A stretch of DNA of 64,000 nt. Origin: Octopus vulgaris (lineage: Eukaryota). Where the stretch lies: NCBI GenBank assembly GCA_951406725.2, contig OX597825.1, forward strand, positions 51,026,001 to 51,090,000, in the 5' to 3' direction. How positions within the stretch are numbered: position 1 is the first letter of the stretch; each line of letters opens with the position of its first letter. This document shows, piece after piece, positions 11,683 to 23,899 of the stretch. Made by a program: the position numbers and the translations under genes. Under the pieces are notes generated by a model. The model made no database searches. It was not told the DNA's origin and saw nothing but the letters and a program-made list of their open reading frames with translations.

Positions 11683-12724
11683 TCATACCTACATCTGCAT
11701 TATTAGATATATGTAGGCATGTGTGTGTGTTTTTGTATGTGTGTTCTGTGCACATACATTCATATTGACAGACAGCTGATCATACATGCATATATATTAT
11801 GTTGGAGCTACGAAGGTTGTAATATTTCTACTACGGATCTGTGTCGAGTCAAATATGACAGAAAATAAAAGTCAATTGAATGCCGCCGCTTCGAAAATCA
11901 AACAACATATGAGGAACAGTTGGACTTAACATGCGAGGAACTCAACCAATCAGAAATAACTGACAAATTGCGGGTCATTGGTTAATTTCTCTCTACTGAC
12001 TTTCGTCAGTCATGCGTGAAGCCTTACAGAGAATCCTGACAATAAAAATTCTACTACAAGCGTCAATCTGTTGTTTGCCTACTGACTGGTTAAGTGCTGT
12101 ATTAAGTCTAATTCAATGAAGTGGGGGTGGGGTGGTATTACTATTGGCAATTTGGAACAAATTCTCTTAGAGGAATTTCTGCCATATCGAGCACGAATTA
12201 TCAGTAAAATACAACTCTAATAGTTATTCTTTATCCTACCTAAAACTGATTGAAATAACACTGAAATACATGTTGTCTGGCAGACTGAATGGAAAATAAT
12301 TGTTCAAAGGCTGAATGGGTTTGCTTTCGGATACAGTGTTCTGGTAAAACGAGAAACATAAACCACGAATGTCATCGCAGAGATCTGAGGATTGAAGAGA
12401 GACAAAATAATTCATTTCATTTTTCTCATATAATGCAAATGACCCACAAAATGTTAATGAATGTAACTTTGTCAATACATGCACACACACACACACATAC
12501 ACACATACATACACACACACATACACGCATACACATACAACACGCAGGACACACACAAATGCAATACACGCACACGCACACGCACGCATACATGCACACG
12601 CACGCACACACAAACACACACACATTAAAACGAATAGCATTAACGTTATATAATTAAAAAATATTTGAGTGGTAAAAGAAAGAAAAAGCACATAAAACTA
12701 CAACTTCAAAATATTTCTTTATTA

Positions 12725-13124
12725 CTCAGAAGGGAGCTAAACATAGAGGGGGACAAACAACAATAGACAAAGGGATTAAGTCGATTACACCGATCCCAGT
12801 GCGTAAGTGGTACTTATTTAATCGACTCCGAAAGAATGAAAGGAAAAGTCGACCTCGGCGGAATTTGAACTCAGAGCGACAGACAAAATATCCATTTCAT
12901 ACTGCCCACAAGGGGCTACAAACAGAGGGGACAAACAAGGACAGACAAAGGGATTAAATCGGTTATATAGACCCCAGAGCGTAACTGGTCCTTAATTTAT
13001 CAACCCCGAAAGGATGAAAAGCAAAGTCGACCTCGGCGGAATTTGAACTCAGACCGTAGCGGCAGACGAGATAACGCTAAGCATATCGCGCGGCGTGCTA
13101 ACGATTCTCCCGGCTCGCCGCCTT
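12725..13124 (-). mobile_element. Two tandem copies of tRNA-derived SINE family B (one partial)
   Basis: Minus-strand head AAGGCGGCGAGCCGGGAGAATCGTTAGCACG...GAGTTCAAATTCCGCCGAGGTCGAC (B-box). The body is repeated at ~12730-12890 and ~12910-13070. Confidence 0.85.
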
Positions 13125-13320
13125 AGAACTTCGAAATATTGCTTTATTTGCATGCTATATAAACCTTTTGTGGCATTTCTTTGCATATGTGTGATGTAGT
13201 GAATTATTTTCTAAACTACACAGGTCTCTAAGTGCAATGCATATCTTCATTTCCATTGCGTTGAATGGATGATGACTCTCTCTTCACTTCGATAGAACAT
13301 TGCTCCCTAATTCGTATAAG

Positions 13321-13532
13321 TTTTATCTTTTACTTATTACAGTCATTTGACTGCGGTCATGGTGAGGCACCGCCATGAAGAGTTTTAGTCGAATAAATCG
13401 GCCCCAAAACTTTTTTAAAGCCTAGTACTTATTCTGTCGTTCTCTTAGGCCGAACCGCTTAGTTACGGTGAAGTAAGTACACCCACGCTATAAAACAACG
13501 GGGAGGAAAACATAAACAAAAAGACGCACACA

Positions 13533-13599
<67 letters not shown>

Positions 13600-13778
13600 C
13601 TGTTAGTGTGTGTGTGTGCCTGCGTGTTTGTGTTTGTGTGTGCATATATATATTAGTTTCCGTCTACCAAATCCACTCACAATGTCTGAAGCTATTGTAG
13701 AAGACGCTTGACAAAGTTGCCACGCAATGGGACTGAACTCGGAAGCATCTGGTTGGGAAGTAGGCTTCTTATCATACT
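13321..13778 (-). mobile_element. tRNA-derived SINE family A with internal (TA)/(TG) microsatellite
   Basis: Reverse complement of the 32453-32860 copy, including the CAGTCATTTGACTG tail and GTTTCCGTCTACCAAATCCACTCAC. Confidence 0.85.
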
Positions 13779-14023
13779 TTCAAAGAAGTCAAATTCCACA
13801 TTGCAGTTTCATTCATCACTCGTCAAAACCATTCAACTTAGCGTTTACAACGATGAAATTTAGAGGAATGACCACTAACAGTGGACATCCTGTATGCTAG
13901 ATATAGACGTCAAACACGCCCTTTACCACGAAGCATGTGTTCTCAAAAAAGAAATTCAGCAAAAACCAAAGTTTAAAAATAAGACAAATGAAAATATACG
14001 AAAATAAAAAAAACAACGATTAC

Positions 14024-14098
14024 CTACGTACTAATTAGTTTCACTTGTTAATATTTACGTATATGGGTACGTAAACAACTGCAAGATCGTCAGCGTAG
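14024..14098 (-). ncRNA. Type I hammerhead ribozyme
   Basis: Minus strand: CUACG-CUGACGA-U-CUUG cag uugUUUACGUA cccaua UACGUAAAuau uaa CAAG-U-GAAA-CUAAUUAG-UA-CGUAG. Stem I extends via a CAGA/GUAA internal loop to AACGA/UCGUU. Stem III ACUAAUUAGU is a perfect palindrome. Confidence 0.88.
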
Positions 14099-14537
14099 TC
14101 TGTCGTTTACGAAATACAATTTCTAGAATTAGATACAGGGCGCTCGACCGAAATCCAGCATGTATAAAGCTCCACAAATTATATTTATGTGTATCTTTCA
14201 AATGCCTTCACTTTGGCATGGTTAGTGGTCATTCCTCTAAATTTTGAATGTATAAAATGTTTAATCTTCGGATGTTTTAAAACATATGCTAGGCCACTGG
14301 TTTTAATTGATTAATATCAATTTCTACCCTTAATTAATTTTAAATTAAAAAAATTTCTCTAGCCGGTGAATTAACTGCTGTAGTTTATTAACTGCAGAGT
14401 AATTTCCGTTCTTAGCGCGCCAAAGTGAAGGCATTTGAAAGATACATATACATATAATTTGTGGAGCTTTATACATGCTGGATTTCGGTCGAGCGCCCTG
14501 TATCTAGTTTTAGAAATTGTATTTCGTAAACGACAGA

Positions 14538-14612
14538 CTACACTGACGATCTTGCAGATGTTTACGTATCCATATACGTAAATATTAACAAGTGAAACTA
14601 ATTAGTACGTAG
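14538..14612 (+). ncRNA. Type I hammerhead ribozyme (one stem I mismatch next to the core)
   Basis: CTACA-CTGACGA (14543-14549)...GAAA (14594-14597)-CTAATTAG-TA-CGTAG. Inverted copy of 14024-14098. Confidence 0.78.
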
Positions 14613-14908
14613 GTAATGTTTTTTTTTTATTTTCGTATATTTTCATTTGTCTTATTTTTAAACTTTGGTTTTTGCTGAATTTCTTTTTGAGAACACATTC
14701 TTCGTGGTAAAGGGCGAGTTTGACGTCTATATCTAGCATACAGGATGTCCACTATTAGTGCTCATTCCTCTAAATTTTGTGTGTATAAATTTTTTTTAAT
14801 CTTCGGATTTTTTTAAAAATGTGCTAGGCCACTGGTTTTAATTGATTAACATCAATTTCTACCCTTATTTAATTATATATATATATATATATACGTCAGG
14901 CTCCTTTC

Positions 14909-15118
14909 AGTTTCCGTCTACCAAATCAACTCACAATGTCTGAAGCTATTGTAGAAGACGCTTGACAAAGTTGCCACGCAGTGGGACTGAACTCGGAAGC
15001 ATCTGGTTGGGAAGCAGGCTTCTTATCATACTTTTCTTTCAAAGAAGTCAAATTCCACATTGCAGTTTCATTCATCACTCGTCAAAACCGTTCAATTTAG
15101 CGTTTACAACGATGAAAT
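14909..15118. repeat. Direct duplicate of 13655-13859 (SINE A 5' half + unique flank)
   Basis: Near-identical (about five substitutions and one 5-nt indel by eye), including non-SINE flank through ...ACAACGATGAAAT. Confidence 0.9.
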
Positions 15119-16318
15119 ATATAAAACACACAAAGGTAACTCATTATTGTAACGCTTTGTCGTAAGGATACACTCTTGCTGAATATATATAAAAGAAGGG
15201 ATTTTATACGAGAGAATCTATTCAAAATTACTTGAGAGGAATCAAAAACAAATATTGTGTTTCTATCCTGTAGAGGAAGTATCCTATATTTTAATGGAAT
15301 GAAAATAGAATGTTGAGATTACATGCATATTTCTAGGGAAAACAGTGAAGTCAGTGAACAAAATTATCTTGAAATGATATTTGAAACAGATACAGGAAAT
15401 AAAAACTCTAAAATGGGACGGCGATTCGACAAATATATATATATATCTGGCCAATAAAAAACATAGATAGTTTAATGCATATCTTTTCCCAAAAGCTTCC
15501 CACATAGCTACTATGAAATACTGGTTGATTGCATAAAATATTCGCAGATCATTTGTATTTTAGAGCTTGGTGATCGAAAAAAGTGGAATTTACATGACAA
15601 AAGTGTCTTTATGAGTAGTGTAAAGAAAGTACATTGTTTCAAAGAAGAATCGAAATGAAGCCAAAATCTTGGCTAAACACATTAGAGAGTGGAAGCGAAA
15701 CTGAAGAAAACCACATTACATGTGATATGTCTAAATGTATATTTAATGTCAGAAAATTGAAAGAAAAAAAAGCAGTTCTTCTAGTGAGACTTATTGAAAA
15801 CAAAATGGTTTTTACCGTTTTTGTTGTAAACTACAGAACTAATATCGAAGTCTCATGTGAAGTCATATTTCATATGAAAATATAATTTATTACCAAAGAC
15901 ATTTCATGAAACACAACGTGTTTATTACTTTAAGCGTTTTTTAAAATTTCATTTTGAATGTTATTTTCATCACTCAGCTTTTTGTTGTTGTTGTCTTTTA
16001 CCATACGTCAATCAAGATTGAGTAGATTTATGATCAACGCTATTTCAGCAAAGACTATGTAATCATTTCTTAAACAATAGTGGACTACATTATCTGTTGG
16101 TTTTCTCTATAGTTTCTATATATTTTGTGGGAAATTCTACTATAATTGACGAGACAATTCCATGAATCCATTGGAGATATTGAAGGTATGAAATAAGAAA
16201 ATATTATACCATCGTATATTGTTTTGTGCTTGTTACAAAACTCTAGGTTGCATCTTACGTTGATAGCAATCGAAATGCAGTATACAGATTTATCAGGAGA
16301 GTTGTGATATTAGTTTAT

Positions 16319-16605
16319 AGGCGTGGCTGTATCGTAAGACACTTGCTTCCTTATCACATAGATCTGGGTTCAGCCCCACTGCACATGGAACCTTGAGCAA
16401 CTGTCTTCTATTATACCCTCGGGCCAACCAAAACCCTGTGAGTGGATGTGGTAGACGGAAACTGAAAGAAGCCTGTCGCATATGTGTGTGTGCGCGCGAG
16501 CGAATGTGTTATGTGTGTGTGTGTCTTTGTGTCTGTGTTTGTAACCCACCACTGCTAGACAACGAGTGTTGGTGTGTTTACGTCTCTGTGACTTAGCGGT
16601 TCGGC
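16319..16605 (+). mobile_element. SINE family A, 3'-truncated
   Basis: GGCGTGGCTGT...GGGTTCAGCCCCACTGC...CCTTGAGCAA...GGTAGACGGAAACTGAAAGAAGCC...ACTTAGCGGTTCGGC. Confidence 0.8.
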
Positions 16606-18169
16606 CACGAACCACTTTCTTACTCATGTTGTGCCTAGATTTACTGCACCTCTTTTTTTATGGGGATAACACACGTTCTTTGCAAATAATTTACTGCATC
16701 CAACTATGTTTTCAAAATCTCCTTCAGAGTGATACAATTAAATGGCTTCAATGTGGATAAAAACAGAAAAAGTAAACACAGAAAAGCTTCACGAAATATA
16801 TGTAAAATATATATGAAAAATATGTAAAATTTTAAGACAACTGACGAACAATATCTACAATAAAATTCTAATTGATAAATATAAATTTTTATTAAACCAA
16901 AATACGCAGATGAAGGGAATCTCGTAGTGTGAAGAATCAATATAACACAACGTGCGGATGAAGTGAAACATAACACAACGTGCAGTTGTCATGGTAACAA
17001 GCTGTTAATGCCTCGCTGTCTGTTGATTGGTTAAAATTACCCAAATTTTCCAACTTTAATTTCAAATAACATCAGATTCTTTAATTTATGAGATAAAGTA
17101 ATTAGTTGAACGAAACCAAAATTCAGAACTGCATTTGAAAACAATCTGAGCAAACTTAAAAGAGACTGATTTTGTGAATCAACTTCACTAGATCCTTCTA
17201 AACTAACGCAGACAACATTCGTATATCGCCTTAAGAAACACAACTAGATCTCATTAGGCAAACAAACAGTTGCATAATCAAATACCTGCATTCTTGGAGA
17301 ACTACAATGCGTCGAAACAATTGTAGCAAAAAATAAATAAATGTTCAACCGTACTCCTTTTTCTATCTCTTCAATTTTACATTCACACACAAAGAATGAC
17401 CAAACTTAAACTCGGAAATATATAATAATACTTCCAATAGTATTGGGTAATTCTGAAGGTGGACGAGTTTTATACTACTTCACTCTAACAGCAATAAATA
17501 TTTGTCGTTCGGCAAGATAAGCGAAAAAACGAGACATTAATTGCCCTTGCCATTATCTTCCCGTAACGTTATCTCCCCTTAACTGTAGTACTTTCTATCG
17601 CACGATACTTGTTCACATTTTGGTTGGTTTATTTATAACGTCGTTAGCGGCCGTGGGCCACTTATAACATATGCTACTTCTCCATACTTGTACTTTTTAT
17701 TTTCATCTATTTCTTTATTTACATTTACCCCTATAACGGGCTTAATAGCCTGCCCTTCGGATTTTAAATTTAACTGACAAATTATATTGATGGCTGGACT
17801 TTGATCAAACGGACAACAGCGGGTAGGTCTTTGTAATATATTAATAAGTATATCATTGTAATTATTTTATACGCATGTTATTTGGATAAATATTAATTAG
17901 TACTATTTACGAAATCTTAAGTACTATTCTTTTTCAAGATCTGTTGTCGAAACCCAATATACTAAAGTACTTATTTTATATTTTTTATTATTTATACACC
18001 CTGTCACTCTTAAAGAAAGATTAAGTCGCCAATCAATTTTCTAGCTTAGTTATTTGCTCAACGACTTGAAGCGCTACACTGCAAAATGGTATGATTGAAA
18101 TATATTAAACCTTCTTTCTTCATCTCGAGGCCCTTTTCTTTTCTCTTCTTATCTTTTATGTACTTTTTC

Positions 18170-18285
18170 ACTCTGATGAAGCTTCATGTACCAGATAAGA
18201 AGTGCTATATAACATGACGAATATTATTTTCAGAATTTCCTTTGGCAGCGTTGACGTACATTGGAAGCAGAAACGGATGTTAGAA
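18170..18285 (+). ncRNA. Hammerhead-like motif with long stem II, weak stems I/III
   Basis: CTGATGA (18173-18179), stem II GCTTC-ATGTAC / GTACAT-GGAAGC, GAAA (18270-18273), C-GGAT-G-TT-AG. Stem I has only about 2 bp. Confidence 0.45.
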
Positions 18286-18539
18286 ATGATGTTTTGTATT
18301 AAAAAGTAATAATCGATGGTGGTCAATTTCTTTGTTGAGCAAGAATTTTCTCCTATTTCTACTTAATTTAAATTTGATTCCTGATAAACTCTTGTTTATT
18401 TTGTTATTGCCTGTATCCTAAGACCATAATATGCTTGCATATGTATACCCAGGTTAACATAGGTATTTTATACCGGTAGTAAAAACGGATATTCTTATCC
18501 CTTAGACGGTTATTCCACCCGCCATCTCTACTAACCTTT

Positions 18540-18602
<63 letters not shown>

Positions 18603-18647
18603 ATGTGTGTGTGTGCGTGCGTGCGCATGCATGTATATATATATATA

Positions 18648-19091
18648 TAAGATAATAGTGGAAGCCTTAAACTGAAAGTATCTCACGTTACAATAGAAAT
18701 GTTATTGTTTCATTTTTGTCACGTAATACTGAAATAGCGTAAGAGTCAGAGATTGCTCCTGGTTTACATTAGGCAAGAAGTTGAAAGATTTTTGGGCCAT
18801 AATATATATATATGTGTGTGCGTGTGTGCATGTATATATGTGAGATAATAGTGTAAGTATTGAACAGAAAGTATCGCACATTCGATAGCGATGTTATTGT
18901 TTCACTTTTGACCCGTAATACTGAAACAGCGTAAGAGATAAGAGATTGATCCCGGGTCACATTAGGCAAGAAGTTGAAAGTATTTTTTGGCCTATGACAG
19001 TGCATGTGTAAAATGTGAATGAAATCGGTTGTGTAGTACTTGCGTTTTAGTGATGCACAAATACATACAGACAGAGAGACACACATTCCCA

Positions 19092-19100
<9 letters not shown>
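18648..19100 (-). mobile_element. Helitron-like non-autonomous fragment with internal ~195-nt tandem duplication
   Basis: 18648-18800 and 18842-18992 are diverged direct repeats. The end TGTAAAATGTGAATGAAATCGGTTG...ACAGACAGAGAGAC...TTTTATATA resembles 4205-4315 of the Helitron. Confidence 0.5.
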
Positions 19101-19158
<58 letters not shown>

Positions 19159-19203
19159 ATATATATTGGAAGGTTTGGAGATAATGTACAGGCATTTTAT
19201 ATC

Positions 19204-19336
19204 AGAAGAAATGAGGTACTCAAAAATTCGGATGGTTTTATATTTACAGATATTTATTTGTATATTTCATGTTTTTATACATCATATAACTTAGATCATG
19301 TATTAGCGCTGAATTTCTGAGTACCTCATTTCTTCT
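19204..19336. repeat. Short inverted-repeat element in microsatellite
   Basis: AGAAGAAATGAGGTACTCAAAAATTC (19204-19229) and GAATTTCTGAGTACCTCATTTCTTCT (19311-19336) are 25/26 complementary. Confidence 0.75.
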
Positions 19337-19337
19337 A

Positions 19338-19422
<85 letters not shown>

Positions 19423-20579
19423 AATAGCTAAGAAAATTTAGCTTGTGGCATTGAAGCATTGAAGTAATGTGCGTAATAGAGAGCCTCCACTGGCTAAATC
19501 TGAATGGTTTATTTTACTTTTGTAAGTAGATGGAGTGACGATAATAAACAAAACCGTACCTCGAATTCCTTCAGCGCGACATCTGTTGGTTATGCATTAC
19601 CATTTCATTTAGCACGTATTACAAGCGACTGATATCAAATAAGAATTTATATGTGAGACTCAACCTGTTATCTACGATCTGAAGTTCTAGTGACAACACT
19701 CTTGCGAAAAGATATTTTTCTGGTGTTGAAATTTAGTGCAACTTAAAATATAAACAAATGACTTTTACTTCATAGTACTTCATCAGCTCTAAAATATGGA
19801 ACTATATGAAATAAGGAAGAAAAGAGACATGACTAAATTCTTGAAGACAATTTTTCAGGCCCAAAATCGTGGATTGGAATGGGGACATACCTGATATCAA
19901 AGAAAATTTTTGACCCGCATAGCCACGGCTAGATGTATATGCATGTTTGTATTTGTGTGTGTGTGTGTGTGCGTGTGTATGTAACTATATACACACATAT
20001 GCATATGTTCATATATTTATGTACGCGTGCATGTAAGGACGTAAGCATAATGTATATATGTATCAATGTATGTGTGCGTGTGTTTTTGTGAGTGCGTGTG
20101 AGTGATGGTGATAAAAAATCAAATTTATATTAGGGTACATATATCTGCATGATTAAAAAAAAAACAGAGAGATAAAAGTAATCCAAAGAACCAATAAGAT
20201 TATCAGACAAAAGAGAAATCCTATTTCTAAAAGGAATCTAATATTCCTAGCATTGGAAGAGACTGTTTTAGCAATATAATCTGACTGGCAGCAGCCAATT
20301 CTTCTTCCTTCTAATTCTTTCTTGTAATTATATTTTCTTCTCAACACACATCCAACGATTTTCAAATCCAAACTGATACAAGAAGAAGAAAGACACTTAA
20401 CTTTTTTTTCCATATCTATTATAAAATATATTTAAATATCCTAACAGAATATGTGTGTGCACGCTCGTGTCTAAATATAGGCATGTGAGTGTGTGTGTGT
20501 GTGTTCTATATGCATCAGTATATAAATGACTGTGTGAATGCCTACATATTTGCGTATAAAACACATGACAATATGCATG

Positions 20580-20674
<95 letters not shown>

Positions 20675-21899
20675 CTCAGGATATGTATTGATAAATATAT
20701 ACGTCCATATACACACATACCTATATGATATATTTATACATAGATACATGCGTGTATGTGTGTTTGCCTCTGTATATATGTATATACATATATGTCAGTA
20801 CAAATATAAATCTGTCTTCAGATTAATATTCATAATGAAATTTCTCCCCCAGATAACAAAATATTTCATGAATAATTTCTATTTTTTCCCAAAATTCCTT
20901 TTGTCTTCTCCATTCTCTCGCAGAAATTGGTATTTTCTTGTCGGTATCTTATTTAAAGTCAAATATAGTAGAACAAACGTCGCCTGCTAACTTATAAATT
21001 GACAAAGAAATGATAAAACTTATATATTAGGAATGGTGTATACACCCATGATGCGACGAGTTATTCTCAAGTGTAGTTAAAAAGTTATTAATTCCGATTA
21101 GTCACATCTTCGCGATTATTAAATATAGAAGTATTAGTGTTAAGTTATCGTATGTTACACGAATAATATCGAAAATAGTTAAACGAAAATAAACATACAT
21201 CAGCTTACAGATGCTTTTGGTTCACTGAGAAGAAATAATAAAATTACACTCTGTAACACATACACACGCATGCATAGACATACGTGCACACACATCGGAA
21301 ACACAAACACACACTCGGCGCACACACATATGGGTGTGTTTTCAACAGTTGATAATACAGACAAAAACAAAGGAAATGCTTCGATAGAGTTATATTTATA
21401 CACAGTTCAGAGGTTCCAGACTCACCTACGGCAGACGGTTTCATATCTATTGCATAAACTGGACTACAAATATATACAAATATATACATGTAAAATTCTA
21501 TGGTGAAAAGTCTAGCTGAATTTTTGATATGATCACTTTGTGAGTGCTTTTTCAAAACGTAAATAAAATAAATATAAATTTACATTCTGATGTCTTTTAC
21601 TTACTTTGCAGATTATTGTATTTCGTAGTGGTTAAATTCATATAGATTTTATACCGTTTCAATGAGTTTATCAGACTGGTATCAGACTTTCCATACTCTA
21701 TGAATTGAAAAGTGGCTCTTTAGCTATGTAATTAGCATGAAATATTCATTCAGTTTATGAAAATGAAACTCTAAGTGTCTGAACATGCCATCGATGCTTC
21801 GGTCACTTTCGCTCGGTAAATATTTCTCTCGTAGATTCTACTAGATCTGCATGACTAAATTCTGTCAATATTGAGCTAGTGAAAAATCTGCATTTGAGG

Positions 21900-22640
21900 A
21901 AAATCCAAAGCAAATTGAAAATTAGCGAAACAGTTCAATTCAAGTAACACTTTGATCATAAAATAACTTCATGGATTAGGACAAGTATTTAAATTTGCCA
22001 GTGTCCCATCATCATTTGTCTGCCTCTCACCTTAATCAAAGAGCTGCCCTCTCCTCATCATTGATTTGCTGCAGAAGCTTTCCTGGGCAGAATCCCCATA
22101 AGTGACGATAAAGGACATCTCAATAATCCTATTCAACAAAAACGACAGTGGTTAGTATCCAATAAAAAGAAAAGAATCCCTCCTCATGCATGGAAAATAC
22201 AAGAAAAATGTAATATTCTGTGACTGGTTGGATATGAAGGGTGTTGTTTATCATGACGTGTTAAACCAATACAAAACATTTAATACTGAGAAATTTTATC
22301 ACCAAGTGGAAGCATTTCACAAACATTTGGATAAAACAAGCCCGATATTGGTCAACATTAAGAGGTGTTGCATTTAAACGGTAAAGCAAGATCATATATT
22401 ACCTTAATCAATCAGGAAATGATTATGTATTCAAATTTTGTCGTATCCTTTTTACACTCTTGACCTCGCTTCATATGACTATCAACTTTCCATTTCGTTG
22501 CAACATTATTTTACGGGGAAAAAATTATTAATTATTAAGTGGCTAAAAATAGTAAAAGGTGTTTCTATGCAAAGCTGTAGAGTTTTACGTTTAAGGGATT
22601 TACAATATAACGAACAGGACAAATTATGCTATTACTGATA
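21900..22640 (+). pseudogene. Highly decayed mariner transposase
   Basis: CDWLDMKGVVYHDVL..TFNTEKFYHQ..PILVN corresponds to mariner WWDxxGxxxxExL. YPFYTLDLASYDYQLSISLQHYF corresponds to HPPYSPDLAPSDYHLF. Many stops and frameshifts. Confidence 0.75.
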
Positions 22641-22748
22641 AGCAAAAATACTGTCTTGGGTAAATGTATCAAGTAAGACCGACGTAGCATGTTTCTTACC
22701 TATCTTAAAATACGATGGGATTTTATAAATGAAGATATGTATATATAA

Positions 22749-22820
<72 letters not shown>

Positions 22821-22853
22821 ATATATGTAAGTATAAATACACACATATATATA

Positions 22854-23372
22854 TACGAGTGTGAGTCAGTAATGCCATTTTGTTTAGGACAGGTATAATT
22901 ACTAACACAAGAACATATATGATACATCAAAATGAAGCTGGTCCTCTGTGGATCACATCCCTACTTCTCAACATAGTCACCGTTTCTCTCAGTAGCAATG
23001 AGAGCATGTATCCCTGCCCCGTAAAATTCTGTTTACTGTTCTTGGAGCCACACTTCACTACAGTTTTCATTTCCTCATCACTGGACTATCAGGAAAGAGG
23101 GTTTGAGAGGCAAACATTATTCCAGTGACAAGGAAGTGAAAACTGTAGTGAAGAAGTGACTCAAAGAACAGTCAACAGAATTTTACAGGGTATGGATACA
23201 TGCTCTCATTCTAAGATGGAACATTGCTATTGAGAGAAACGGTGAATATGTTGAGAAGTAGCAATGTGATCCACAGAGCACCAGCTTCATTTTGACGTAT
23301 GATACATGTTCCTGTGTTGGTAATTATACCTGTCCTAAACAAAATGGCATTACTTTTTCACTTACCCTCATA
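22854..23372. mobile_element. Palindromic mariner-derived non-autonomous element (two 3' ends)
   Basis: Termini TACGAGTGTGAGTCA / TTCACTTACCCTCATA with TA ends. Arms 22854-23085 and 23121-23372 are complementary. The right arm encodes a mariner C-terminus (GLRGKHYSSDKEVKTVV..EFY..IHAL..RW..ERNGEYVEK*). Confidence 0.85.
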
Positions 23373-23899
23373 AACACCTTGAGTATGATATTTAACTGCA
23401 TCTGTCGGTGAGGCTTCAGTTCAGGGGTTCCGGAGTATTTGTAAACTTCAAATCATTCCTTAATTACTATTACCCAGTAGTACCTGTCAGGGTTCTCTCC
23501 ATGGGGTAAATATGTTTTCCAAGTGTAGGGAACTCCCTTTATTTTTTTTTAAGTGACGGGTAAAGTAGCTCTTCTAGGGAAAGATGCTCTGAGATAAAAC
23601 TTGCAGTCAAATTGGTAGCAGTCATCTTGCAATGTTTGTCATAGGAAGCTACTATGACGACTGAGTTGCACAATATCTTGTAATTTCAATCCAGTGACGT
23701 ATAGATGTCTCACTATCAATTCATGTCTTCCTCGGTTTCCTGCAGTATAAAGTCCTATAGCGATGTATACGTAGCGTGGAAAGTAATAAACGCGTAGCTG
23801 CAACGACAAAAGTAAATCAGACCAATCAGGCAATCATCATCATCATCATCATCATCATCATATAATGTATATAATTGTCAACAAGAAAGCAAGAACGCG

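Larger units (their letters stand above)
13856..14875. mobile_element. Fold-back / partial-tandem hammerhead-containing element, copy 2
   Basis: Inverted arms 13856-14217 and 14419-14777 (~360 nt), each with a hammerhead. Direct repeat 14222-14339 = 14755-14874 (period 533). Ends in (TA)n. No ORF in the track. Confidence 0.88.

Noticed and set aside
11820-12060. CCAAT-containing, promoter-like or transposon-end-like segment (similar at 16980-17035)
   Set aside because: Short motifs only, with no linked gene and no definable element termini.
18648-18992. Direct repeats considered as a CRISPR-like or satellite array
   Set aside because: Only two diverged ~150-nt copies in eukaryotic repeat context, with no repeat-spacer periodicity.
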